Source: Lytechinus pictus | Lineage: Eukaryota | Assembly: GCF_037042905.1 (NCBI RefSeq) | Contig: NC_087254.1 | Coordinates: forward strand, 32,550,001 to 32,614,000 | DNA: 64,000 nt | Reading direction: 5' to 3' | In this document: positions 13,317 through 27,008 of the stretch, piece by piece | Layout of the letters: each line of letters starts with the position of its first letter | Numbering within the stretch: position 1 is the first letter of the stretch | Program-made: the position numbers and the translations under genes | The notes under the pieces: generated by a model | What the model saw: the letters and a program-made list of their open reading frames with translations, nothing else | What the model was told of the DNA's origin: nothing | The model's database searches: none

Positions 13317-15065
13317 ATTTAAATCCTTGGAAATAAGAGTGAGTATTGGAGACCGTAAACGGTTTATTTGCTATATACATTTATTTTCACTATCTTAAAT
13401 CATTCGGAACGGGCCGCAACCTCGGTAACTATGGTCATATCCCACCATTAAGGGATTATGGTGAAGGGATATTAAACTTGTATGCTATACAAACCTCACC
13501 GATGTTCACACATGAGGGAACAATAGATCCACAAGAGGTGATTTTAGTGGGACTTAAAAATGATATTTCATCTTCAGGTGGAGTTTATTTGAGTAAAGAA
13601 AATAGAACAAAATAACAAACGGCAAAATAGGATGACAATGAATAATAGCTTACATCACATTAGCAGTGTTTCAAAACAATGTGTCTAGCATAGTAGTAGG
13701 TATGGTATTTTTTTCATTTAATTCATTCTTCATTCTTTTGTTTATAAGACATTAAAACCATTTCAATTTCTGAATGTGACCCATGTAGAAATTCAAATTG
13801 ATACCTTGGAGAGATGTTGTACGAACATCTATAACAAGAGTGACAATTAAGATATTAAATAGAGATGTAAAAAAATATATAATATATATTTTACAGCTTG
13901 TACCATTTCGCTAAAATAATACAAATCTCAAAGATGCCATATTATTTCGTTATTTTTGGATCGGATGTCTATTTTCTTTTCAATTTTTCTCTCTGGTTAT
14001 TTTAATTTCACTCCATCCAAACCAATTTTTTTTTCAGGGTTCGTGCACATGATTTTATAATGCCTCGTTTATATTGCGCATATCAGACCAATACCAGTTT
14101 TATATCAGTCTAATCAGCTTGTTTATTAATTATTGCTTTATTTTCTTTGCAAGAATACTAATTTCTCACTGGTAATTCTGTCACATTCTATTCATATTAC
14201 TTAAACTTTTTTTTATAGTCCCCCCCCCCCCCATTTGTTCTTACTAACATGGCAATCAAGACTATTTTGTGTGACTATCGGGGCCTCTATAAAGCTTCGC
14301 CCCACCTTATGTTTTCCAATTCCAGATTCATTTTTCATACAATCATTGTTTATACAAGAACCAGGAACAACGACTGGGGGGGGGGCGGCGAATGGGACGT
14401 TCGCCTCTTTAATTTATCAAATGCTTATCAAAACAAAAATTTAATAATGAGAGAAGGAGAACATTTAGAGTAGATATGTTGACAGAATTACGTAGAACAT
14501 TTAGGGGAGAGGAAAGAATAATAGAACTGTATAAGTCCCCTTTTCATTCTTAAAATACCGTCATCTTTGTCCCCTGAAAACAGAAGCTGCCTTTGCAAGC
14601 AACAACAAATAATCAAAAATAATGTACCGGGATCAATTCATTTATGTAACTTTTCTTTAATTATGCTATATGTTGTAATCCTTTTATTCTTTGTGCTAAA
14701 CAGGGTCAAACATTTTATGAAATAAATATGTAATGTTTCATACGTGATGTAAATAAAACAACTCAAGTTTTAACTAGGAATGTGAAATACAACTGTAATA
14801 GGTATATATATTTTATATAATATAATAAAACATGCTAATTTCACTTTTTATCTAATACTAGTGAGATGTGACAAACTTTAAAACACTTTAACCAGAATTC
14901 GTTTACAATCGCATTATCATTTTCTTCTTTGCTTTTTTTTTTTTTGGGGGGGAGGGGTTGCTGTCATATCAAATTTGGTATTTGGTATAAAGCTTGATTT
15001 AACGAAATTCTTTGAAACAAATGTCAATTCAACCGATATGTAATTAATTTCTATTCATTTCCAAT

Positions 15066-16208
15066 TTAGTATGTGCAGTCGTTTCCGTGGTAGACTCGCT
15101 GTCGCTGTGTCGTTGGAGTCGTGAAGCGAGTAATGAGAAGATACTCGGTGACCTCGGCATCGTATTTAAGGTCAAAGGTCTCGGGGTCACGGGCAAGGAC
15201 GGAGAGCGACTGGCCTTTGTCGTCGGTGATGACCGAATACTCGTACTGGTTGTTGACGATTGGGCCGAGTTTGAGTATCCAATCTGATGAAAAAAAGAAA
15301 AAATAAATAATACTCTAATTGAGTAGTTTTACAATGCCCCAAAGAATTTATCTTTAAAAAATCCAACAAACAAACAGAAAAGTTTCTGTAGCTTGGTCTT
15401 AAGAAAACCTGTAAACTTACATTGTGTAAAATAACAGAAAATTGGTTTATGGCATATGACACATTACAGATTTCTAGTAATAAAACTTCTCTTTCCTCTT
15501 TTCACAAATAGACTGATTAAATTACAGAAAATTTGCCGTTATAATAATTTACAGAATGATTCTTTAAGTTTTGTTTTCTGTGAAATCTCCCTTTTGTATA
15601 GTGTAGGTCTATTACAGATGGAAGTAAATCAACATTTGAGTAAGACCATTTGCTTTAGAGTGTACTTACATTTACTTTCAGTGGCTTGGTTATCAAGGTT
15701 GACAATAATCTTTCCAGGTTCACTCGGGAGAGGAACCCTGGCATTCCCGGTTGTAGTAACAAGTTCACCCTCTACTGTGTAAGTGTTTACAACAGCGAAG
15801 CTGGTTTCAGAGAGCTTCGAATCTGAAGAATAAATACATAAGATAAAGGTTGATGAGATTAACATTAAAGACAATCATAGGTCTTATCATCATCAGCAAC
15901 AACACCATCATCATCATCATCATCACCACCACAATCGTCATCATCACAACATCATCATCATCATCATTATCGTCATCATCATGATCATCATCATCATGAC
16001 CGTCATCATTATCATCATCATCAGCAGCAGCATTTTCAGCATCAACAACATCGTCATCATCATGATCAACATTATCATCTTCATCATCATCAAAATCATT
16101 ATCATCCTCATCATCATCACCATCACCGTAATCATCATCACTGTCGTCGTCGTATTCAACTTCATCATCACCACCACCACCATCGCCACCAACACCACCA
16201 CCAACACC

Positions 16209-16255
<47 letters not shown>

Positions 16256-19200
16256 TTTATCACCACCACTACTGCTACACCATCATCGGCAACACAACCT
16301 CCACATTACCAAAATAGTCATCACTTAGGCCGACATCATGGCGCATTTCGTCAACATTTTGTCGTCTGATAAGCTGATAGGTCGGCTTACTATACGCCAT
16401 AGGCGGTACCTTGCCATTCGTTCTGATAGGCTGAGAATTACTTGTCTCTGACTGTTACTGTATAGTAAATGTTTTAAACCCCTCAAAAAAAAGTTTGGAA
16501 ATCTGTGTTTGGCCATTAATTTCTCCCAACTCCCAATGTTACACAATGCATGTTTTGCGCCACTCAAAAGATAATTTGATTCTCTTTAAAATGTTACCAT
16601 GCTTGTAATGATCATGCCATCAAGAAAAGAGCAGGATTCAAAAGTGTTGGATGAGGTCTGAATTGAAAAGCTACAAAACGAACAGAATTAGTCATGATGG
16701 GTCAATACAGAACATGATTCTTTTGTCTGTGTCAATAGAGATGAAAATCCATTCAAATCAAGCCCCTGCTTCTGTAGTGATGGTACTGTGAGATAACATG
16801 GTTTGAGTCGTGGTTTGAAATACCCATGCATGTTTTTTGTTTGTTATGTTTTTGCTTGTGCAGAGGTCTGTTTGATTCCATGTTAATGGTGATGTTAAGG
16901 TGCATGAAAACATTTAAAAGAAACTGCTGAGAAACTCAGTGACTTTCAATATTGTGTCATTTTGCAAATTTTGAATTTTGACCTTGCCCCACATTTCAAG
17001 GCACTGCACCTCCATGTGAACCATAATCATATCATGTAGGGTATCATTTAAAGAAAATTAAATGATCAATTCATTGGTATCAATTATACATTAATATTTA
17101 CTCAAACCGATGAGGAATTATCGATCAAAGTAAAATAAAATGCTGAGAAACTCACTCATCACCACGGAAAAAAACCCAGTAATTTTCAATATTGTCATTT
17201 TGCAACTTTTGAATTTTGACCTTGCCCCACATTTCAAGACACTGCACCTCCATGTGAACCATAATCATATCATGTAGGGTATCATTTTAAAGAAAATTAA
17301 ATGCTCTATTCATTGCTATTAATTACACATTGATATTTACTAAAACCGAGGAGGGATTATCGGTCAAAGTCAGATTTCCAAACTTTTTTTGAGGAGTTTA
17401 GAATGACAACTATTCCAACACCATCCTCACCACCATTATTACCACCAACACCATTTTCATTGTAATTATCGTCATCAAAACGATCTATATACTAACACTG
17501 AGCCGTTGTACATTCTGCATCTTCTGTTCCAAGGAATGAATCTGACCAGTAATTTGTGTACATCTATACGTGATAAATTGATACAAAAGTAGACAAGAAA
17601 GCAAGCATTCAAACGAAAAATCACCCCATCTCAATGCTGAGCTGTAAGCTTGAGACCAATTCCACTCTAGCAACCCATGGTGATGTGATTATATGAAAAA
17701 GAATAGTAAAGTTGTTTTTTTTCTCTGTGAGGCGATATCAAAATTCTTCTGTATTTTCCATGTTAACTAAAATAATCTTATAATATTGAATATAACACGC
17801 GATTCGGGAAATTTGGGAAATTGTGCGGCAGGCGAGTAAAAGGAAAAGTAAATCGACGTTTTTAACTAAAACGATTCTTTAATTCCACATTCTCAAAATC
17901 AGTTGTGCAAAATCGACAGATGCCTAATGGTTGCATTAGATGTGATCATTCCAAATTGCAACTGCTAATCAACTAGTTTTAGAGTGGATGATGTGGTTTC
18001 TAATTCTATTTCAATTGTACTCACTCATTTGATTTAATTGTACATACTTTCCTTAAAAATAGGGCACAAGACCCCTCTAGTCATGATAGTCGGATCGAGC
18101 CGGGTTAGATACAATACCGTTTTACGTGGGGCATATTGTTTGTGCTAGATCTGCCACCGTCCCTACCCACCCCACCAAAAAAAAAGGACGTTGAAAAATA
18201 AAAATAACAATTCTATAAATTCTCATATTCCAGCTTCAAAGGGTAATCCTTTATGGTACACCCAAATTTTGCACCATCTTTATTGATTACATGTTAAAAA
18301 TATCCATACATGCATTAAAATAAATCTAAAACTCTTTTAACTCCTTCTGACAGATTTTACGAACTATATCCTTGTATGCGTTTGCTCGTACCAAAGTACA
18401 ATTGTTTTTTTTTAATCAAACAATAATATCAAGAGGATTCTGATATCAGAAGACAGAAGATCATAATGTATGTTGACCTCTCCATTTAGATATTGATAAG
18501 GATATTCAATAATCAAAAGATATTGAAAAATGAAGTTATATTATAACAGTCCAACCCGGTAGTGTATGTAATGAACTTTCTTTGTCGTTGCGACGTTTTG
18601 TTCGGAATCATCTGGACAAGTGTGGCCGTAATTTGGTTTGAAAAACAATATTCTTGACATGTTGATGAAATGTACCTGATGAAAATATCTTAAATCATAT
18701 AAAGTCAGTAACAGCTCACTTTACTTATAAAATAACTTTTGTAACATGTAATTCATTTTGTAAATGGGATAATTACTGGCAATTGAGAGTACATAGCCCA
18801 CTATACTTATCTATCAAACATTATGATAATTAAGTATGTTTTTCAATGCAATGAAAATATTTAGGTTATTTAAAGAAAAATCTATTGCAATTTTGAATAA
18901 TTTTGTTTGTGATATAGATGAGGTCCGTTGATGAAATAGAGTTGTTTATTCTGGGAGGTCGTATTAATTATTAGAAACACCATTTTTTTAAACATGTTTT
19001 CTGAATGTAATATCCGTTTCAAATCAGCCTAATTGATTAAAATAATTGTGAGTATGTGAAATAATTGTGAGTATGTGAAATTTGTGTGTGTGTGTGTGTA
19101 TTAATATCTTGTATTATTTTACTCCCGACATTATAATATAGGCCTACTAATTCGGCTTTACTACTAGTAAGTCTTTATCATAACGAAACAGCATACTCAA

Positions 19201-19786
19201 TCTCCGCCCATTTGAATTGTATTAATCATAATTTGGCATGGTTTGCTATAGTTTCACACTGTTAATTTTTTAAGCCCCTCACTCAACAAGCAAAAAACAA
19301 GTTGTTTAACTTTTAACAAATTGTTTAAACTTTTTGAAAATGGTTTAAAACATTTTGAATGCAAACTTTCATGAAACTGTAAATAAACTGTTTAAATCTT
19401 TAAGCAACTTGTTTATAACTTTAAACAATTGTTTAAAACTTCAAGCAACAATAGTTGTTTGATTGGCGGGTATAAACGACATGATTTTTAATCGGAGTTT
19501 TACATTGCATATACTTTCCACATAGCGAACTCTTCCATTTTAATTGAATTAAAGATGTGCATATTTTGCCATAATTACGTATGCTTTATGTGTGCTTTCA
19601 TCTTATTTTGACTAAAATCAGGAAACACATAGTTTTCAACGACCAACTTACGTTATACCAGGTTCCGACGTATTTGTTCATGTCGATATCATACACCGTC
19701 CCGAGGCAGTCAGCGGGGGACGAAAAGAACAACATGGCGCCCAAAACTCCAAACCACAGCATAGCGTTCTTATTACCCATTTTCAT
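15066..19786 (-). CDS. Secreted lipocalin, ApoD-like (copy A), 190 aa
   Basis: Exons 19652-19786, 17497-17563, 15670-15822, 15066-15283 (phases 0/1/1, 573 nt). Signal peptide, then KYVGTWYN (GxW motif), AECTTAQY, EPGKI, YWILKLGP, YEYSVITD (TD motif), VLARDP (R motif), YHGNDCTY*. Confidence 0.9.
15886..16325. repeat. (CAT/CAC)n microsatellite in intron 2 of lipocalin A
   Basis: Visible trinucleotide run; it produces the poly-M and poly-I ORFs. Confidence 0.95.
16475..17400. mobile_element. Non-autonomous Tc1/mariner-like element with an internal ~240-bp tandem duplication
   Basis: TIR TAAACCCCTCAAAAAAAAGTTTGGAAATCTG / CAGATTTCCAAACTTTTTTTGAGGAGTTTA; internal direct repeat ~16925-17130 vs ~17140-17370. 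Confidence 0.7.
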
Positions 19787-20804
19787 CTTCAGTAATTAAT
19801 CCTAGCAAAACTTTGAAATAGAAGGATGGATGAAGCGGAGGTCGATTTGTGCACGGACAAAATGGCTAGAGAATTGAGTCCTATATTAAATAAAAAATTT
19901 AAGCTATGAGGAACACGACCGAAGTTGTGTGAACAAACAGTAATTATGTACTAGAGTTGATGATTATAGACCGGTGATCAAGGGCATAAATGTAGCTAGG
20001 ATTTTCAAGGGTGTGTCAAGCAAAGCCAGGTAATTATCTGTATAGTGGAAATTACTCATACACTTATTTCTGATGTTGTGTTTGTTTAGTCACCTATGTC
20101 TTCTGCAGGTGAAATCTTAATAATGATGCTGCTACACTGACCCGTCGTCGTCATAATCATCATGATGATGATGATGTTGTTCATCCTGATCCTCCTCCTC
20201 CTCCTCCTCCTCATCATCATCTTCAACACCACTTTCTCCAGTTCTATATCTCATTCTCCCAGTGACTTTGCATAATGACGTCAAATTTCTTCGCGGTTGC
20301 CGACATCAAACAACTCGCGTTGATAACTGTTTCCCCTCTTTGGAATTATGAGATCTTTTTAAGTTGGTTAAACATTTTCCATACATTTTAATTTCATTAA
20401 CCCAACGACAAACTTAAATAACTGGAGTGTTCCGATGCATATATAAATCTATATTTCATAATTGTTTAAGCTTCATTTTCAGTAACGCCGAAAAAACAAC
20501 ACGAGTAGGGAGGTCAGGGTCACCCAAACACCTTCTGGAGCTACGCCAGCAAAAGGCAGTTATCTCCGTTGATAACTCAAGGAGTTGGTACTTTACTCAA
20601 GATGTGCACTTAGCCCATGCAGTCTGTATTTCGCCCTCAATATTAAAACAGATAAGACCGATTAACATTTCTTTTATAAAATGTATTATTACTAATGAGA
20701 TCGACGGTCGACTACGTTATTCAGTATCAATTTACACTAATATCCAACACCCAAATCGTTGATATATATCGCTTTGTTTACATATTACTATTGCATATAT
20801 ACTG

Positions 20805-20925
20805 TTTCTCAGTGGTCTAGTGGACATGTCTCCGGATTATAGATCACAAGGTTCGGGGTTCGATTCTCGCCTCGGCACTAATATCCTTTGGAAAAGGCGT
20901 TGAGGTGAGGTAAATGAGGTAAAAA
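20805..20925 (+). mobile_element. Truncated tRNA-derived SINE
   Basis: GTGGTCTAGTGG A box, GGTTCGATTC B box, then a remnant of the GGTGAGGTAAATG core. Confidence 0.55.
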
Positions 20926-21954
20926 AAACGCCTAAAAAGCTTTGCCTATATAAGCTGGGGGTAATAATATAAAGAGTTTAGAAACAGTTGTATTAAGCGC
21001 TATATCAGTATTATATAATATTTTTAACTCTGATATATGGGTAGCATTTATATTTTCCCATGCAAGCTCGTTGGTCGATGAGTACCTGTGACAGCAAACC
21101 AGTTTACTCTTCTTCTTGTCATCCCTATCACCATGCATTCTGCCATCACCATCATCACCGCCATCATTGTCAACATAACAACAACTCCATATTTTTAACT
21201 AATGATATTAAGAATTCATGAATAATTATAGAAAAATAAACCCATCAGTAAAATTTGATATTATTAGTTAAAGGAATGTAGGATCTTTAAAAAAAAAAAG
21301 CTTCATTAAGCCATTTTACAGCCCACACCGATAATTTGCTGGAATAGGAAAAAAGTTAATCGGATTCTATACCCTGAATCTTATTTTTCTTAATGAGACA
21401 TCATATTAACACTGTCGATATGTTATGTTAAAGTCCAATAGGAAGAGGGGAATTCGTTAATTACATCACGCAGTTGTCAAAAGCTAAGTCATGAGGGCGG
21501 TCTAACGAATTAATCAAACATCTTGGATGGATTATTCAATTATAATTCGAATATTCATTGATGGATTTATAAATATCTTCTTCGTTTGATATTTTCTTAT
21601 CTATTTCGAAATGTTATTTTAGTTGAATTCGTATTATCGATGTCCACTCATAAAACCTGATCAACTCCTCGTACCACCGTCATACTCTGACGTCAGTGTT
21701 TACATTTAATATTTTATAAACCGAATTCTAAATTATTTCATAATCATGGGATATTATTGATGGGTTGATGTTTGTAGATCGATAACGTGAAGCAAACAAA
21801 CTCAGTTATGAAACCAAAATTATGAAAGACTGACTTAATACGTAAAAAGAGTAATGGCTTATGAAATATAATTCTATAACCATGATTATCTAAAATTATT
21901 AGACTGTGGTCAATATTGCAGTTCAGTAACCTCTGCGGGAATTTTCACAAATTT

Positions 21955-22330
21955 AATGATAATAATACATATGATTTATATAGCGTCTTTTCCAATTGAG
22001 GTCTTTAAGAACAGGAGTGATGTGATCGAGTTTATTTGACAGAGAAACGATGCGAGCTGCTGAATTCTGAAGTTTTTGAAGTCTGGTAATTTTAGAGTTA
22101 GGTATATTAAAGTAACGACTATTACATTTCTGTAATGATTATGAGTCATGCTTTTAGGAGTGAGATTAATAAATAAATAAATTTCGGGGTAAAATATAGG
22201 TAACTTCGAGAACTCCCTTCAAAACGGAATTGAGGATTGCGTATGAGAAAAATTTATCTTTTAATTTCAAGCACATTCACTCCTGAATGAAATGCTGTTA
22301 GATGAGGGCGCCACGTAAAGCTGTGACAAA
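21955..22330 (-). mobile_element. L2-clade LINE fragment
   Basis: Minus translation IPNSKITRLQKLQNSAARIVSLSNKLDHITPVLKDLNW is characteristic of L2 ORF2. Confidence 0.75.
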
Positions 22331-22992
22331 CTATTCGCTTTTGAGCATAACTGACCTAGCTTGTGGTTGATGGGTATGCCTGCTAAACATGTTTTTATTC
22401 AATTCTTTTCATCTCCAATACCCGTAATTTTGTTTGGAGACAAGACAGGAAAGGAACAACAGATAGATATCAAAGAAATATTAAAACTTTGATACAATAA
22501 TATGATATATTTAAACAATGAAAAATATTGTGACATGAGAAAAAATAGCCAAATCAAGAAAAATTAGGTTTTGTTGAACTACGACTGTTTCTTTTGTTTG
22601 TTGTTGTTAATGACCTAGTCAGTAAGCTTTACTCTGTGAGTTTTCAATTGTTGAAGAGAATGTTTTCATACATGCATAATCTAAGCCTTCCATACGTTTC
22701 CCCCAATAATAATAATAATAATAATAATGGCGAGATGAATGAATAAATGGGGAAAGTGCTTATTATTGACTTCGTTCTTGGCTGAAAATGGGATTGAAAA
22801 AAAAAAAACATCAGGTTGCCTATAAGATAAGAAAAAAAAAACCTTTAGCACAAAAAACGAAGAAAAGAAGTGCATTTTAATTAAAATGAGAGGTCCTCAT
22901 GGAGGTCGCCCCAAACAAGACTATAGTTGATCAGTTGCCAACTTTTGATGGAGATTTCCTCTATCATGTTAGTGTCCAAATATCAAAGATTT

Positions 22993-25900
22993 TTATGCTC
23001 TTGGTGAGAAATAAGTGCAGTCATCTCCGTGGTAAACGCGCACTGGTTGCGTTGTTGGGCTCGTGAAACCCGTCACAAGAAGGTATTCCCTGACCTCTGC
23101 GTCATACTTGATGTCAAAGGTCGCGGGGTCACGGACGAGGACGAAGAGAGCCGCAGCAGCAGGATCCGTTACGATGGAGTACTCGTACTGGTCGTTGACT
23201 ATCGGACCAAGTTTGATGATAAAATCTGGATTGAAATGATAATATNNNNNNNNNNNNNNNNNNNNNNNNNNNNNNNNNNNNNNNNNNNNNNNNNNNNNNN
23301 NNNNNNNNNNNNNNNNNNNNNNNNNNNNNNNNNNNNNNNNNNNNNNNNNNNNNNNNNNNNNNNNNNNNNNNNNNNNNNNNNNNNNNNNNNNNNNNNNNNN
23401 NNNNNNNNNNNNNACTTTTATGAATTTTGGCTAGTAAATTGATCGCAACAAAATCCAGAAGAGACGTTTGAAGACAACTCTTGATTCCATAGCATACTAA
23501 AAAAAAACATGACTCTACAAGCCTATTTGAAACAATTTAATTCAAATGACGCCCATTTAGGGCGTATGCCATATGCCCTTACACTGTTTTTCAACGAAAA
23601 AAGAGACATTCTGTATCTTGAATTATTTTGGAAAAAAAAGAACTTGAAATTGAATTAAAATCGCATTTCAGTCATTTCAGGCAGTACGTTTGTATAACCA
23701 CTTTGAGAAAACACCACATCCCCATTGTTTTTGGACATGAAAAGGAAAAAAAACTTACATGGCGTTGCCAGGGGTACTCCTTCTAGTCGGACAAGAAGCC
23801 TTCCTGGTTCGAGACTTGGGAAAGGGATGTAGGCATACCCCTCAATGGTGTCAGATCGACCCCCTCGAACACTGTAGGCATTGAATACAGTCACGTTGGT
23901 CTCAGTTATCTTCTGATCTGAAAAAAATAAAGATAAAGAATATAGTTAATAGATTGATTGATGGTGGAATAAAGGGAGAAGGATGGAAGACATGGGTGAA
24001 TGATAGATGGATGGAAGGAAAGATGGAAGGAAATACGACAATACACCAGACGGTGGACTGTACTGTTTCCAGAAGAAGAAGAAGAAGAAAGAAATAAGAT
24101 AAAATATATTAAAAAAAATACCCAGGGTAGCCACTTCAGTTAGAAAACTGCTCTACCAGCGGCACTGCATAACATAGATATGTTATAATTATACCTTTCT
24201 CCAATCTAAATGCTGAGCGCCTATATGACAGAAGGTCCTATTTTATTAAGTCTTTGGTTTGAGCCGGCCGGGGATCGAACCCACGACCTCCCGTTCATGA
24301 GGCGGGCGAAAGATGGAAGGAAGTAATGAAATAAGGTAAGATTGGAGGAAAGAAGAATTGAAACAATTAAGAAATGAAGGAAGTAAGAAAGGAAAGAAGC
24401 AGAGAAAGAATTAAGAAATGAAGAAGTGAAGGAAAAAGGGAGGAAGGAAGGATGACTAGAAATAATAGCTGACTGGATAAAGGAAACCAAAACCCAAGAA
24501 GAAAGGCAATCTTATTGGAAAGGGTAAAATGAGAGGAGCAATGTATAATAAGTTTCATCAAAATCGGTTATGAAATAGGCAAGTTATGGACGTTTAAAAA
24601 AAATATTGTTGTACTTTCTATGGGGATCCTCAAATTGGCAAACACGCTTCAAAATGGCTGATTTTATGGACAACCCTCCATTTGTTTGTACACAAATTTT
24701 CAGATTTCCCCCTTTTTTGCATTATTTCACATCATCTCCACCTGACTTTGACATATGTGGTGTGGATTATATTTTCCCCATGACATATGTTATGCTCAGA
24801 ATGGGGCAATATGCAATTTACAGGACAATAGGGAAAATCTGAAAAATTGTTTTCAAAACAAATGGAGAGTTGTCCACAAAATCAGCCATTTTGAAGCATG
24901 TTTGCCAATTTGAGGATCCCATAGAAAGTACAACAAGACGTTTTAAACGTCCATAACTTGCTTATTTCACAACCAATTTTGATGAAACCTGTTTTAAATT
25001 GTTCCTCTCATTTTACCATTTCCAATAAAATTGCTTCTTTTTGGGGGTTTTTGGTTTTCTTTAGAAAAGGGTATATGGATAGGCGATATTCATAGATCAA
25101 TTAAACCTTGAACAAGATCAAGTTCGATTTGTTGACGTGTGATATCTTCACCGAAGTAAAAATATAGAAATTATTATGAACTGATAGATTGATGGACACA
25201 ATAATAAATCAATAAATGGATAGATTGATGAATAAGGAAAGACGACAAAATTTGAACGAAAAAAAGAAAGAATGCTCAAACGTATCGACTGTGCTTGAAA
25301 CGTTGAACACCGTACTGGTATAATTGATGAAATCATCTTGCCATATAATATCAATGGATTATTGCTGGATAGATGAGGAAAGGAAGGAGGGAATCGATAA
25401 ACAAATGGATTGATTAATTTAGGGATCATGGAATTATTTAATGGAGATTTAGACACACTAACCACCGCGTTCATGTGTCGGCGGGGTGTTTTCGGATAAC
25501 TTAGTGAAAAATGAATGAATATATTTAAGCCGACTGAAAAATGAAAGATGAATTTAAACAGATTGAATAATTTCATTATTTATGATTATTTATTTAGAAA
25601 GTTTATGTAAACAAAAAAGCAAGTTCGGAATTTTGAAAAAATGTGATATTCAAAAAATTATTGCATTATTGAAGTGAATTGATTTTTTTGTTTTTTTTGT
25701 TTATATATGTACATGTTATTGTGAGTAAATACCTCGATTAAGAGGATAAAAGAAAAAAATATTTAGGCTGACTGAAAAATGAAAGATGAATTTAAACAGA
25801 TTGAATAATTTTATTCCGAAGATAAAAAAAAACATGTTTCAAATACAAGACTTGGCAAAATCATAAGCAAAATCATTTTGTGAGTGGTTGATGTACTAAA

Positions 25901-27008
25901 TAAGTTGTAATAAGAATTTGCATATTTGTAATACGATATCTTTTAAATATCTATACAAGATTATCATTTTATTTTGTTTCATTTATAGTACTTACACTCA
26001 GCCGTAGTGCACTCTGCGCCATTCGTGCCAGCGAATAGGTCTGCCCAGAAATTTGTATACATCTGTATAAATAGTGATGGTGAAACATATAATTCAGTAG
26101 AAACAGAAAACACGATGACAGACATGATAAAATAAAACAATAACATAAGTTATATCTAAATATTGCAGATATTGAATTGAAAGCTTTTATTGATATTGCA
26201 CTTTGCAGCAAAAAGCTTGATTGTTTATAATTTATTCCATTCATAGTGTACAACTGGTTAAAAACATCAAACATGAAAATAATAATATTGCAACTCAATA
26301 TAGAGAGTGGATATGCTCACTAAAAGGAAAAGCTAACGTAAAAAGTAAAAACAGAAAAGGGTTGGTGGTGGTAGGATGCATTTTCTTTGAAGCATCTTAA
26401 TTTAAAAAAAAGAGTGAAAAAATTTAAAAAGGTGACAAAATGCAGGATGGATTCTGGGGACGAGCGAGCAGTCATGTTCAATTCACAAATTGTAAATAAA
26501 TGTGAATTTAATATGATTAATGTGTATTAGTGTGGCTATTTAGGCCACTTTGATTTGGAAAGAGGTAACTCAAATTGGACCAGCCAGCATGCAAGGCCTA
26601 TTTGGAATGATTGAACTTAAGACATACACAGAGGCAATAGAACAACTGATCTCAAGTAACTTGGTTGTGGATCCTTAAAAGGCAGGAATGTATTATTTCC
26701 TTTAACATTTTTAGACGCCATCCGATATCAAGTAAAAAAAAAAAAAAAGTGGATGCTCAGTGTAGCCAAGGTATTAAAAATTCAATTTTCTCAGGTTTTC
26801 TACGATGATAGCTTTGTATATTTTCAACATATTATCAGACATTTTATCATTAAAAATAAATATTTCAACTTACGTTATACCACGTTCCGACATATTTGTT
26901 AACGTCGATATCATACACCGTTCCAAGACCTTCGGCGGGTGACGAAATAGACAAAATGGCGCCGAAAATTGCGACCAGCGCAAACCAACAGTACGTGTTC
27001 GTAGCCAT
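22993..27008 (-). CDS. Secreted lipocalin, ApoD-like (copy B), 197 aa
   Basis: Exons 26874-27008, 25996-26062, 23759-23917, 22993-23225 (594 nt); the N gap falls inside intron 3. MATNTYCWFALVAIFGAILSISSPAEG-LGTVYDIDVNKYVGTWYN...ECTTAEY...IEGYAY...EPGRL...KLGPIVNDQYEYSIVTD...LFVLVRDP...DDCTYFSPRA*. Confidence 0.9.
24115..24310 (-). mobile_element. tRNA-derived SINE (5'-truncated)
   Basis: GGAGGTCGTGGGTTCGATCCCCGGCCGG B box followed by an ACCAAAGACT core. Confidence 0.6.
24478..25063. mobile_element. ~580-bp almost fully palindromic MITE in intron 2 of lipocalin B
   Basis: Long inverted arms, e.g. TTGTTGTACTTTCTATGGGGATCCTCAAATTGGCAAAC vs GTTTGCCAATTTGAGGATCCCATAGAAAGTACAACAA. Confidence 0.8.

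Noticed and set aside
15944-16328. Poly-Met and poly-Ile ORFs
   Set aside because: Translations of an intronic (CAT)n microsatellite.
25520-25815. ~55-bp direct repeat pair resembling LTR ends
   Set aside because: Short local intronic duplication with no TG..CA ends, TSD or internal coding sequence.
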